NCBI GenBank assembly: GCA_963768175.1
Contig: CAVYGQ010000001.1
Location: 382,305 to 446,304 of the forward strand
Source: Candidatus Doudnabacteria bacterium
Lineage (GTDB): Bacteria > Patescibacteriota > Doudnabacteria > UBA920
Length of the DNA: 64,000 nucleotides
Direction: 5' to 3'
Numbering within the stretch: position 1 is the first letter of the stretch; each line of letters opens with the position of its first letter. Below the pieces are notes generated by a model. That model was not told the origin of the DNA and did no database searches. It saw only the letters and a program-made list of their open reading frames with translations. Positions 52,153-59,821 of the stretch are shown here, piece by piece. The position numbers were made by a program, and so were the translations under genes.

Positions 52153-52184
52153 CAAAAAATTTCAAGGCTAACCTTGAAATTTTT
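52153..52184. terminator. bidirectional hairpin AAAAATTTCAAGG-ctaa-CCTTGAAATTTTT immediately 3' of tRNA-Ser
   Basis: A perfect stem with A/T runs on both sides. Confidence 0.6.
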
Positions 52185-52276
52185 TGGCGGAGAGGGAGGG
52201 ATTCGAACCCTCGAAAGGATTTGACTCCTTTACCGGTTTAGCAAACCAGCGCACTAGGCCTCTATGCGACCTCTCC
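52185..52276 (-). tRNA. tRNA-Ser (anticodon GCT)
   Basis: The reverse complement gives GGAGAGGTCGCATAGAGGCCTAGTGCGCTGGTTTGCTAAACCGG...GAGGGTTCGAATCCCTCCCTCTCCGCCA. The acceptor and T arms pair, there is a long variable arm, and the anticodon loop is TTGCTAA. Confidence 0.85.
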
Positions 52277-52389
52277 AAGATCAAAATATTAAATTGTTTA
52301 GTTATACTTGGACTTGTGGGACAACGTTCGAACGGAAATTATAAAAATATTATAACATAAGGGGAAACGCACCTCACCGGTTATAGAAA

Positions 52390-52896
52390 CTAAAGCCCTT
52401 TGATTTTTAAACTGTTTGGGTAACCATATCCGACGCCAGCATCAACTGCGTCTGACTGTATAATTTTTCCGTCTTTCACATCAACAATAATAACCACATA
52501 TTTTAAATCTGAAGCTAAAGTTTTAGAACCAAAGCCAACTAGACCTATGCCTTCGTTAATTTCACAATTCAAACGATAACGCAGTACCCCATCGCCCAAT
52601 TCTCCGACTATTGCATCTAAAAGTTCTATGTCGCCACCTACTGATTCAGAATATTTATTAAATTCTTCATTTATCACATCTGGCAATTCGTTTACGTTTA
52701 TTCCCTGTGTATTTTCCATTTCAATTTCAGCTGCAACCTCGCCTTCCGCAACGTGTGCTTTGGATCTTTTAAAAAGGCCGAATAACTTTCTGCGATACTC
52801 GTTTTCAATCATTGCTCCTTTCCGCGCAATTTCAGGATCCACTACTCTTCCCTCTTTATCGTAGATAGAAGGCGAGTTTTCAAATGTTTCTTCCAT
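52390..52896 (-). CDS. hypothetical protein (168 aa) lying between tRNA-Ser and its truncated duplicate
   Basis: No recognisable domain; an acidic N-terminal half and a Gly/Val-rich C-terminal beta-rich half. Confidence 0.45.
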   Translation of the reverse strand: MEETFENSPSIYDKEGRVVDPEIARKGAMIENEYRRKLFGLFKRSKAHVAEGEVAAEIEMENTQGINVNELPDVINEEFNKYSESVGGDIELLDAIVGELGDGVLRYRLNCEINEGIGLVGFGSKTLASDLKYVVIIVDVKDGKIIQSDAVDAGVGYGYPNSLKIKGL

Positions 52897-52963
52897 ATTT
52901 TTACAAGTTTAATACTTAAAAAAATTTGAGGCTGCTCGGCCATTACAATAACTAAGGTAAATG

Positions 52964-53035
52964 GCTGACCCGAAAGGATTTGACTCCTTTACCGAGTTTA
53001 AAACCAGCGCTACTTGGGCCTCTATGCGACCTCTC
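52964..53035 (-). pseudogene. truncated tRNA-Ser copy (5' acceptor, D, anticodon and variable arms only; no T arm)
   Basis: The reverse complement GGAGAGGTCGCATAGAGGCCCAAGTAGCGCTGGTTTTAAACTCGGTAAAGGAGTCAAATCCTTTCGGGTCAG is about 85% identical to the first about 70 nt of the tRNA-Ser at 52185-52276 and then diverges. Confidence 0.6.
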
Positions 53036-53100
53036 CAAAATCTAAATTATCTATACTATTTTAGCGGAAAATACGTACCTGGTCAATTTGCTCTTATAAC

Positions 53101-53135
53101 AATGGGCACCATTGTGCTGCACAATGGTGCCCATT
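53101..53135 (+). terminator. hairpin AATGGGCACCATTGTGCTGCACAATGGTGCCCATT (family F, sister of 31884-31926)
   Basis: 15-bp stem with the same GTGCTGCAC loop. The stem differs from the other copy by compensatory substitutions. Confidence 0.55.
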
Positions 53136-53315
53136 GTTTATGATACAAAATTAGCGGTTTTTTGGTTTTAGCGGTAAAATTAAAGTAAAGCAATAAGCTT
53201 TAAAATTAATGGATCTTAGACACTACCGCAAACGTAATACATAAGAGACCCCCCTATTTTATCGTTTTTGCTAAAAATCAGCCTTTGTTGTCTAATAAAC
53301 AGTTACTTGTAACAA

Positions 53316-53906
53316 ATGGACCTAAATTCCGTCTTTAGTATTAGCAGCCAAAACATCAAAGATGCCGACAGCATGGCTCTGCTTTTTGCCAGAGCCAAAA
53401 AGGGCGAGCAAGCGGCTTTTGGCGAAATTTACGATCTTTTTTTTAAAAAGATTTACCGCTTTATCTTTTTCCGCGTCGGTCACAAAGAGGTGGCGGAAGA
53501 TTTGGCGGAAGAAGTCTTTTTAAAGGCTTTTTCCAAAATTGTCTCCATAAACGAAGTGGGCGCCTTTGAAGGCTGGCTTTACCAGATTGCGCGGAACTTG
53601 ATTATAGATTATTACCGGCAAAAAAAATCCATTGTCGCGCTGGAAGAAATTGAAAACACCCTGGAATACGAAACTAATATTATTGACGTCGTCAATTTGC
53701 GAGAACAGCAAAAAATCTTCCTGAAACTGCTCAAAGAATTGGGTGCTGAACAGCAAGTCGTCATTAAATTAAAATTTTTTGAGGAGCTGGAAAATAGCGA
53801 AATTGCCGAACTGCTCGGCAAAAATGAAGGCACCATAAGAGTCATCCAGCACCGCGCAATTATTAAATTACAGGAACTAATAAAAAAATCAGCGCAACAA
53901 GAATAA
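53316..53906 (+). CDS. ECF-type sigma-70 family RNA polymerase sigma factor
   Basis: Region 2 (IYRFIFFRVGHKEVAEDLAEEVFLKAF...YQIARNLIIDYYR) and region 4 HTH (ELENSEIAELLGKNEGTIRVIQHRAIIKLQE). Confidence 0.85.
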   Translation: MDLNSVFSISSQNIKDADSMALLFARAKKGEQAAFGEIYDLFFKKIYRFIFFRVGHKEVAEDLAEEVFLKAFSKIVSINEVGAFEGWLYQIARNLIIDYYRQKKSIVALEEIENTLEYETNIIDVVNLREQQKIFLKLLKELGAEQQVVIKLKFFEELENSEIAELLGKNEGTIRVIQHRAIIKLQELIKKSAQQE

Positions 53907-54025
53907 ACCCTCACACGTCACCCTGCGGGTGACACCCTCTCCCACCCGCCTTCGCCAAGGCTACGGCGGACAGGGAGGGAGAGAAAAATAATGTTGATTC
54001 AATCGCTATCGCGATATCACCGCTT

Positions 54026-55261
54026 ATGAATAATTTGGAAAATATTTACAACCAGGCATTGGAGATGCTAAAAAAAGGCCATTCTAAAGAAGAGGTCTTG
54101 GTTAAGTTCGCCCAATTTAAAAACGAGCTGGATCCCCTTTTGGACATTAGTTTTAATCTTTTAACTTTGCCAAAAAATATCGTGCCCACGCCGCTTATGC
54201 GCCGCAAATACGCGGTCCTGCCCGCAAAAAGGCTGTGGCTGGCGTGGCTGCATGTATCCAAATTTGCCAGCGTCAGCGTAGGCCTAATGCTGTTAATTAG
54301 CGCTTTGTCAGTTACCGCGTACCAAGCTTCCAAAAGCGTTCCGGGAAACGCGTTGTTCGCCCTAAAAAAGGGTGAAGAAAATTTCCGCCTGGTTTTGGCG
54401 TCCAACCAAAGCCAAAAAGCCAGCCTGCAAATCGCCATGGCCCAGCAAAGGCTAAACGATGCCCAACAAATTTTTAGTGATCCAACCAGCAACGTACAGC
54501 AAAAAACCGCCGCGCTCAATGAACTCTCCGCGCAAACCACCAGCGCCATAGCGGAAGTTAACACCGTTGCGGCAACAGATCCTAAATCGGCCGCCAGTCC
54601 CCCGCTGTTAAATTCTTTGGATAGCATTACCCAGGGGCAAAAAAACCTTTTAACCGCAATAAAGCCGGACAGCCAAATAAAAACCGCAGCCAACAGCGCT
54701 TTATTGGCGTTAAGCAACGACACAGCTAAACTTTCGGCTATTAAGCAAACTATAGCCGTTGCCACCGACAACCAAGAAGCTCTGGCTAAACTAAGTTCGG
54801 ATCCAAATTCCGTAGCGGCCTTTGGCCCAATTAGCCGGGCTACCAGCAGCCAGGTTACCGTGGAGCAAATTACTTTTAATATAACACCCCAGACAACAAT
54901 TCAGGATTCTGCCTCAAACAGCCTGTCGCCCGGAGATTTGCAAAACGGAGACCAGGCCAGTGTGGTTGGAGAAAAAAACAATAATTTACTAGTTGCCCAA
55001 CAAATTTTTATAATAGCCACCTCCACGGAAACAGCCGCGACGGCGACTGAAACAAATTCGGTCATCACGCAAACCCCCGATAATTCAGCCTCAACCGCGA
55101 CATCTTCCACGCTTTCCCCCATTAGCGCAAAAAAACCGCCAACGCAAAATTCCACCAGCACCCAAATCCAACAGGACAATTCCACCTCTACCGATGTTGA
55201 TTCCAATATCGTAACTGCCCCTTGGATTGTTGACACCCCAGCCTCGCAATATGCAAAATAG
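54026..55261 (+). CDS. putative anti-sigma factor (single-pass membrane protein, DUF5667-like architecture)
   Basis: Cytoplasmic N-terminal helix bundle, a TM segment (FASVSVGLMLLISALSV), then a long Ala/Ser/Thr/Gln-rich extracytoplasmic region. It is co-directional with and immediately after the ECF sigma gene. Confidence 0.5.
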   Translation: MNNLENIYNQALEMLKKGHSKEEVLVKFAQFKNELDPLLDISFNLLTLPKNIVPTPLMRRKYAVLPAKRLWLAWLHVSKFASVSVGLMLLISALSVTAYQASKSVPGNALFALKKGEENFRLVLASNQSQKASLQIAMAQQRLNDAQQIFSDPTSNVQQKTAALNELSAQTTSAIAEVNTVAATDPKSAASPPLLNSLDSITQGQKNLLTAIKPDSQIKTAANSALLALSNDTAKLSAIKQTIAVATDNQEALAKLSSDPNSVAAFGPISRATSSQVTVEQITFNITPQTTIQDSASNSLSPGDLQNGDQASVVGEKNNNLLVAQQIFIIATSTETAATATETNSVITQTPDNSASTATSSTLSPISAKKPPTQNSTSTQIQQDNSTSTDVDSNIVTAPWIVDTPASQYAK

Positions 55262-55497
55262 TTCTCCTGTTTGTTTTTCTGAACAGGCGGAAGGAACCCT
55301 CCTTCCCCCAATTCAGGACGACAGTACACCCCCACACCAAAGTCTTTAAGGTACGCACTGATAAGCAATACAATTTCGGACTTTGGTGTGGGGGTAAACG
55401 GAAGCTTTGAAACAAAGACACCCAAATAGCTTTCCAAGCTATCTATGGGTAAATTAAAAACAGCCCCTTTCTAGAGCGGGGGCTGTTTTTGTTTAAA
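55262..55497 (+). other. hairpin-dense non-coding region ending in an intrinsic terminator (3' UTR or candidate sRNA)
   Basis: GGAAGGA-accc-TCCTTCC; a 16-bp long-range pair CCCCCACACCAAAGTC...GACTTTGGTGTGGGGG; and the terminator CAGCCCC-tttctagagcg-GGGGCTG + T5 at about 55461-55495. Confidence 0.35.
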
Positions 55498-55538
55498 TTG
55501 GACTTTACACCGGTTGCCCATACCATTATAATATAACC

Positions 55539-55895
55539 ATGAGAACTACTCAACGAAAAGGAGACATAGCCGTTTCTCAAGCCATTGCCACTTTTACAAA
55601 GATGGGGTTTGATGTGGCATTGCCGATTACCGAATCAGCGGCTTATGACATGATTGTGGATACCCCTGAGGGACTTAAAAGAGTCCAAGTTAGATACACG
55701 AGTGGCAAAGAAGTTGATTTAAGAAGGATACATTCAAATTCCGCTGGTTATGTTGTTAAAAAATCTAAAGAAAATGCCTATGATTGGCTATTTGTCTTAA
55801 AAAATACTGGGGAAGAATATTTACTTAAGGCTTGCCTGTACGGGAGACGGTCAATAACCCCAACAGCCCAATATTTACTCAAAGCTACCCAATAA
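55539..55895 (+). CDS. hypothetical protein with Hjc-like / PD-(D/E)XK nuclease-like pattern
   Basis: 118 aa; KGDIAVSQAIATFTKMGFDVALPITESAAYDMIVDT...RVQVRY resembles the archaeal Hjc or NucS-type core, but with QxR in place of ExK. It lies directly upstream of a tRNA pair. Confidence 0.3.
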   Translation: MRTTQRKGDIAVSQAIATFTKMGFDVALPITESAAYDMIVDTPEGLKRVQVRYTSGKEVDLRRIHSNSAGYVVKKSKENAYDWLFVLKNTGEEYLLKACLYGRRSITPTAQYLLKATQ

Positions 55896-55926
55896 CCACA
55901 AACTGCGTTATAATATGTTATAATAA

Positions 55927-56017
<91 letters not shown>

Positions 56018-56034
56018 GTAATAATACTAACAAT

Positions 56035-56511
56035 ATGTCTAACGAAAACCAAAACACACTTTCCTGGGAGGCCTGGGAATTCAAGCATTATCCCAAAAAC
56101 TTGGGCTGGTACGTAGTATTAATTGCCGTAACGCTGCTGCTGATGGCTTTTTTTATAATTATCCAAAGCGATATTTTTGCCGCGGTGTCTTTGGGGATTT
56201 TGGCGCTTTTGGTTATTTTTTTCGCCAGGCAAAAACCCCAAAGGGTGGAAATTGAATTAAACAGCCGCGGGGTAAGGTTTGGCAACATTACCTACCCTTA
56301 TAAACAGCTAAAATATTTTTGGGTGGTGCACAACGAGCGGCACCAGACAATTAACTTCCATACAACCGCTTTGCTTAACAGCGTCCTGATTTTAGAATTG
56401 GAAGGTCAGGATCCGGAACAAGCCAGGCAGTTTCTTTTGCAATACCTGCCGGAACACAGCGAGACTGAAGAAACGCCCGTGCAAAAAGTCATGCATAAAC
56501 TTAAGTTTTGA
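56035..56511 (+). CDS. hypothetical membrane protein (2 TM helices)
   Basis: Start chosen at MSNENQNTLSW after the tRNA; the ORF-track start overlaps tRNA-Ser. The sequence is WYVVLIAVTLLLMAFFIIIQSDIFAAVSLGILALLVIFF followed by a soluble C-domain. Confidence 0.5.
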   Translation: MSNENQNTLSWEAWEFKHYPKNLGWYVVLIAVTLLLMAFFIIIQSDIFAAVSLGILALLVIFFARQKPQRVEIELNSRGVRFGNITYPYKQLKYFWVVHNERHQTINFHTTALLNSVLILELEGQDPEQARQFLLQYLPEHSETEETPVQKVMHKLKF

Positions 56512-56530
56512 CCCACTTTGATTCAAGTCA

Positions 56531-56605
56531 GCTTCTATAGCTCAACGGATAGAGCGCAGCCCTCCGGAGGCTGAAATGCAGGTTCGATTCCTGCTAGGAG
56601 CACCA
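56531..56605 (+). tRNA. tRNA-Arg (anticodon CCG)
   Basis: GCTTCTATAGCTCAACGGATAGAGCGCAGCCCTCCGGAGGCTGAAATGCAGGTTCGATTCCTGCTAGGAGCACCA. It forms a cloverleaf with 7-bp acceptor, GCTC/GAGC D stem, CAGCC/GGCTG anticodon stem and GCAGG/CCTGC T stem. Confidence 0.85.
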
Positions 56606-56625
56606 TATAATATAAACTTCTGTTT

Positions 56626-56985
56626 ATGTTTATAAAAAAGCTTACCGAATGTCCTGAATTTATAGCCGGGGATAAAACTATTTTAAGGGAAACCTTGCAC
56701 CCGGCAAAAGCGGATTTATCCATTACTTACAGCTTAGCGCACGCGATCTTAAAGCCAAAAGGCAAATCCCAACCGCATAGTTTAAAAACATCTGAAGTTT
56801 ATTATATTTTGCAAGGTTCGGGAAAGATGCATATTAACGATGAAGCCGCCTTGGTTGGGGCTGATGACACCGTTTATATCCCGCCTCATTCCATTCAATA
56901 CATAGAAAATATCGGCAAGACAGACTTGAAATTTTTGTGTATTGTCGATCCCGCTTGGAAAATTGAAGACGAAGAAGTGCTATAA
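56626..56985 (+). CDS. cupin domain protein
   Basis: 119 aa; the two-motif cupin barrel pattern (HSLKTSEVYYILQGSGKMHIND...TVYIPPHSIQYIEN). Confidence 0.7.
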   Translation: MFIKKLTECPEFIAGDKTILRETLHPAKADLSITYSLAHAILKPKGKSQPHSLKTSEVYYILQGSGKMHINDEAALVGADDTVYIPPHSIQYIENIGKTDLKFLCIVDPAWKIEDEEVL

Positions 56986-57006
56986 AAAATATCTATAAGC
57001 AAAAAC

Positions 57007-59070
57007 ATGCTTTTAGAATCTAAAATTGACGAATTCCCAAAAATCCACAAGCCGCATTTAGCGGCTTTAAAAAAACTCGGAATTTTTACGGCTAAAGACC
57101 TGCTTTTGTATTTTCCCTACCGCTATTTGGATTTTTCGCAAATTAGGCAGATTAAAAATTTAAAGCCGGGCGAAAACGTCAGCTTGAAAGTAAAAATCAA
57201 GCAAATTAAAAGCCGGTTTTCTTTCCGCGGCCGGATGTCTTTGGCCGAAGCCGTAGTCAGCGACGACACGGACTCTTTAAAAGTGGTTTGGTTTAATCAA
57301 CCGTATTTGGCCAAAAGCCTAAGGAAGGGGGAAGAAATCTTTTTGGCCGGCCAGGCCGACTACTACAACTTTGGCCTGCAAATGGCCAACCCCATTTACG
57401 AAAAAGTTTCGGATTTCCCGATTCATACTTCCCGCCTAGTACCGCTGTATCATTTAAAACAAGGGCTTTACCTTAAGACTTTCCGGAATCTAATAGCCGC
57501 CGTATTGCCGCTGGCCGATGAAGTTATTGATGATTTGCCCGCGCAAATTACCAAAAACCAGGCGCTAATTAACATCTCCCAAACCATAAAGCAATCGCAT
57601 TTCCCCGAAAACGCGGAAACGCTGGCCGGGGCAAAAAGACGCCTGGCGTTTGAAGAAATTTTTTACAACCAATTATTGGCGCAAAAACACAAACTTACGC
57701 TTTTGCAAAAACAAAGTTACCCCATTAAGTTTGACCAAAATTTAATAAAACAATTTGTGGACAGCCTGCCGTTTAAGCTTACCTTGGACCAAAAAAAAGC
57801 CGCCTGGGAAATTTTACAGGATTTGGAAAAGCCCCTGCCCATGAACCGCCTGCTTGAGGGCGACGTCGGCAGCGGCAAAACCGCGGTGGCGCTTATTGCC
57901 GCCCTGCAGGCGGTATCGCAGGGCTATCAGGTTGCATTTTTGGCGCCCACGGAAATTCTAGCCGGCCAGCATTACCAAACCGCGCAAAAATATCTTGTTG
58001 ATTTTTTGCGCGGCCGCGCAAAAAATCAACAATCAATTATTTTATTAACCAACCACTATGCCAAAATTGACGGAGAAAATCAACAAAAAAACAAACTGGC
58101 GTTGCTTATAAAACAAGGTATGCCGGGGATGTACATAGGCACGCACGCCCTGCTACAAAAAGGAATTAAGTTTAAAAATTTGGCTTTGGTAATTATAGAT
58201 GAACAACATCGGTTTGGGGTTGAGCAACGGGCGGAGTTGATGAAGAGCGATAAAAAAGTTCCGCATTTATTGTCATTAAGCGCAACACCCATCCCCCGCA
58301 CCCTCCAGCTGGCAATATACGGCGAACTGGATATTTCGCAAATAAAAGCCAAACCCGTTGGCCGCAAGCCGATTGTTACTAAATTGGTGACTGATGAGAA
58401 CAGAAACAAGGCCTATCAATTTATAAACGCGCAGATAAAATCCGGCCGACAAGTATTTGTAATTACCCCGCTAATTGAAGAGTCTGATAAATTAGGGGTA
58501 AAATCCGCAAAAACCGAGGTGGAAAATTTAAAAAAGATTTTTCCGCAATTTAATATCGGCCTTATGCACGGCAGGCTCAAGGGTGCGGAAAAGGAAAGCG
58601 TGATGAAAGATTTCCTGGAAAATAAACTGCAAATTTTGGTTTCCACATCCGTAGTGGAAGTCGGCGTGGACGTGCCAAATGCTTCGGTAATGTTAATTGA
58701 AGGCGCCCAAGCGTTTGGCCTGTCCCAACTGCACCAATTCCGCGGCCGCGTCGGCCGGGCCGAGCACCAAAGCTATTGCTTTTTGTTCACCGCCAACCAA
58801 AATCCGGAAACTAGCGATCGGCTTACGGCATTTACCAAAACCCAAGACGGCTTTGAGCTGGCCGAACTGGACTTAAAACAGCGCGGGTTCGGCGAGGTAT
58901 ACGGCTCCGAACAATCCGGCTGGAATTTTAAATACTTTGACCCCTCCTATACGTCTTTAATAGCTCCCGCCCGCCAAGAGGCTATAAACCTGCTAAAAGA
59001 TGATTTAGATTTAAATAATTTCCCGCTTTTAAAAGCAAAAATTCACGACAAAACCGTACATTTTGAGTAA
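57007..59070 (+). CDS. recG: ATP-dependent DNA helicase RecG
   Basis: Wedge/OB N-domain, helicase motif I GDVGSGKTAVAL, motif II DEQHRFG, and the TRG motif region; 687 aa. Confidence 0.9.
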   Translation: MLLESKIDEFPKIHKPHLAALKKLGIFTAKDLLLYFPYRYLDFSQIRQIKNLKPGENVSLKVKIKQIKSRFSFRGRMSLAEAVVSDDTDSLKVVWFNQPYLAKSLRKGEEIFLAGQADYYNFGLQMANPIYEKVSDFPIHTSRLVPLYHLKQGLYLKTFRNLIAAVLPLADEVIDDLPAQITKNQALINISQTIKQSHFPENAETLAGAKRRLAFEEIFYNQLLAQKHKLTLLQKQSYPIKFDQNLIKQFVDSLPFKLTLDQKKAAWEILQDLEKPLPMNRLLEGDVGSGKTAVALIAALQAVSQGYQVAFLAPTEILAGQHYQTAQKYLVDFLRGRAKNQQSIILLTNHYAKIDGENQQKNKLALLIKQGMPGMYIGTHALLQKGIKFKNLALVIIDEQHRFGVEQRAELMKSDKKVPHLLSLSATPIPRTLQLAIYGELDISQIKAKPVGRKPIVTKLVTDENRNKAYQFINAQIKSGRQVFVITPLIEESDKLGVKSAKTEVENLKKIFPQFNIGLMHGRLKGAEKESVMKDFLENKLQILVSTSVVEVGVDVPNASVMLIEGAQAFGLSQLHQFRGRVGRAEHQSYCFLFTANQNPETSDRLTAFTKTQDGFELAELDLKQRGFGEVYGSEQSGWNFKYFDPSYTSLIAPARQEAINLLKDDLDLNNFPLLKAKIHDKTVHFE

Positions 59071-59118
59071 AGTTTAGCCCTCTTCCTCGCTCCTTTTCAA
59101 GAAGGGCGGGATTTTTGC

Positions 59119-59147
59119 TTGACAAATTTCATTTTTTACTACATAAT
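59119..59147 (+). promoter_or_regulatory. sigma70 promoter P_D (TTGACA-17-CATAAT)
   Basis: TTGACA at 59119-59124 and CATAAT at 59142-59147. Confidence 0.55.
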
Positions 59148-59259
59148 TTTAATAATCTCAAGGGGGGCTCTAACCTGGGTACCGGGCTTGCCGAATGCTA
59201 TTTTGGTAAGTCTAAACTGGATAGTATTCCAGACTAATTAAATCCTAGGAGAGACCACA

Positions 59260-59481
59260 ATGACGAACGCACGGCGTTTTGCGGAAGGCCGCAAAACGCA
59301 AATAGTCGAACCGGAAGCGGTATCGGCGATCAACGTGAGGGTCGGGACAAGGGACACGAGTCCTATAATCAGTACGCCGCTCTCACGCGAACAAGTCGAA
59401 CTGGAAGCGGCGATGTACAGGGAATTCCATCGACACGATGGGATTCCGCCTCAAGACCGCCCGCGGCTGTTGCGCGTCTGA
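59260..59481 (+). CDS. hypothetical small protein (73 aa), GC-rich (about 57%)
   Basis: ATG 7 nt after AGGAGA, a 5' UTR of about 105 nt, Arg/Pro/Glu-rich, no domain. Confidence 0.5.
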   Translation: MTNARRFAEGRKTQIVEPEAVSAINVRVGTRDTSPIISTPLSREQVELEAAMYREFHRHDGIPPQDRPRLLRV

Positions 59482-59629
59482 CCTGAAGATCTGCTAAATC
59501 AGAGGGCCCGATCTCCCATCGGGACGGGGAGCCTCCCAGCTCTTCGCTTCTCCTTTGATTTAGGGGATTTCCAGGGTTCGTCCTCAGCACGATGTTCATT
59601 GGGAGATGACATTTTCTGAGGAAGAAGAA

Positions 59630-59713
59630 GCCGGTGACGTAGAGTGTTGTTTTCTCGGAACGCGGAGAAGCGCGATCCTGGACACAGCAAACTCGTCACC
59701 GGCCTGATTTTTT
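59630..59713 (+). terminator. long hairpin GCCGGTGACG...CGTCACCGGC followed by T7
   Basis: 10-bp GC stem enclosing about 55 nt, then ctgaTTTTTTT. Confidence 0.55.
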
Positions 59714-59714
59714 T

Positions 59715-59820
59715 ATCCAGCACTAATTTCCGTAAGCAAGTTTTAATAACTAAATTGTCTTCGTGATCTTCAACGTAAAACCAGTGATACCAAAGTTTGC
59801 TTCTAAAAATTAGTGCTGGA
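59715..59820. repeat. family D element: TIRs TCCAGCACTAATTT / AAATTAGTGCTGGA enclosing about 78 bp
   Basis: The right arm ends 1 nt before the radA stop codon. It has the same TIR core as 13365-13471. Confidence 0.6.
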
Positions 59821-59821
59821 T

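Noticed and set aside
56535-56723. 62-aa minus-strand ORF
   Set aside because: Overlaps tRNA-Arg(CCG) on the opposite strand and is low complexity; spurious.
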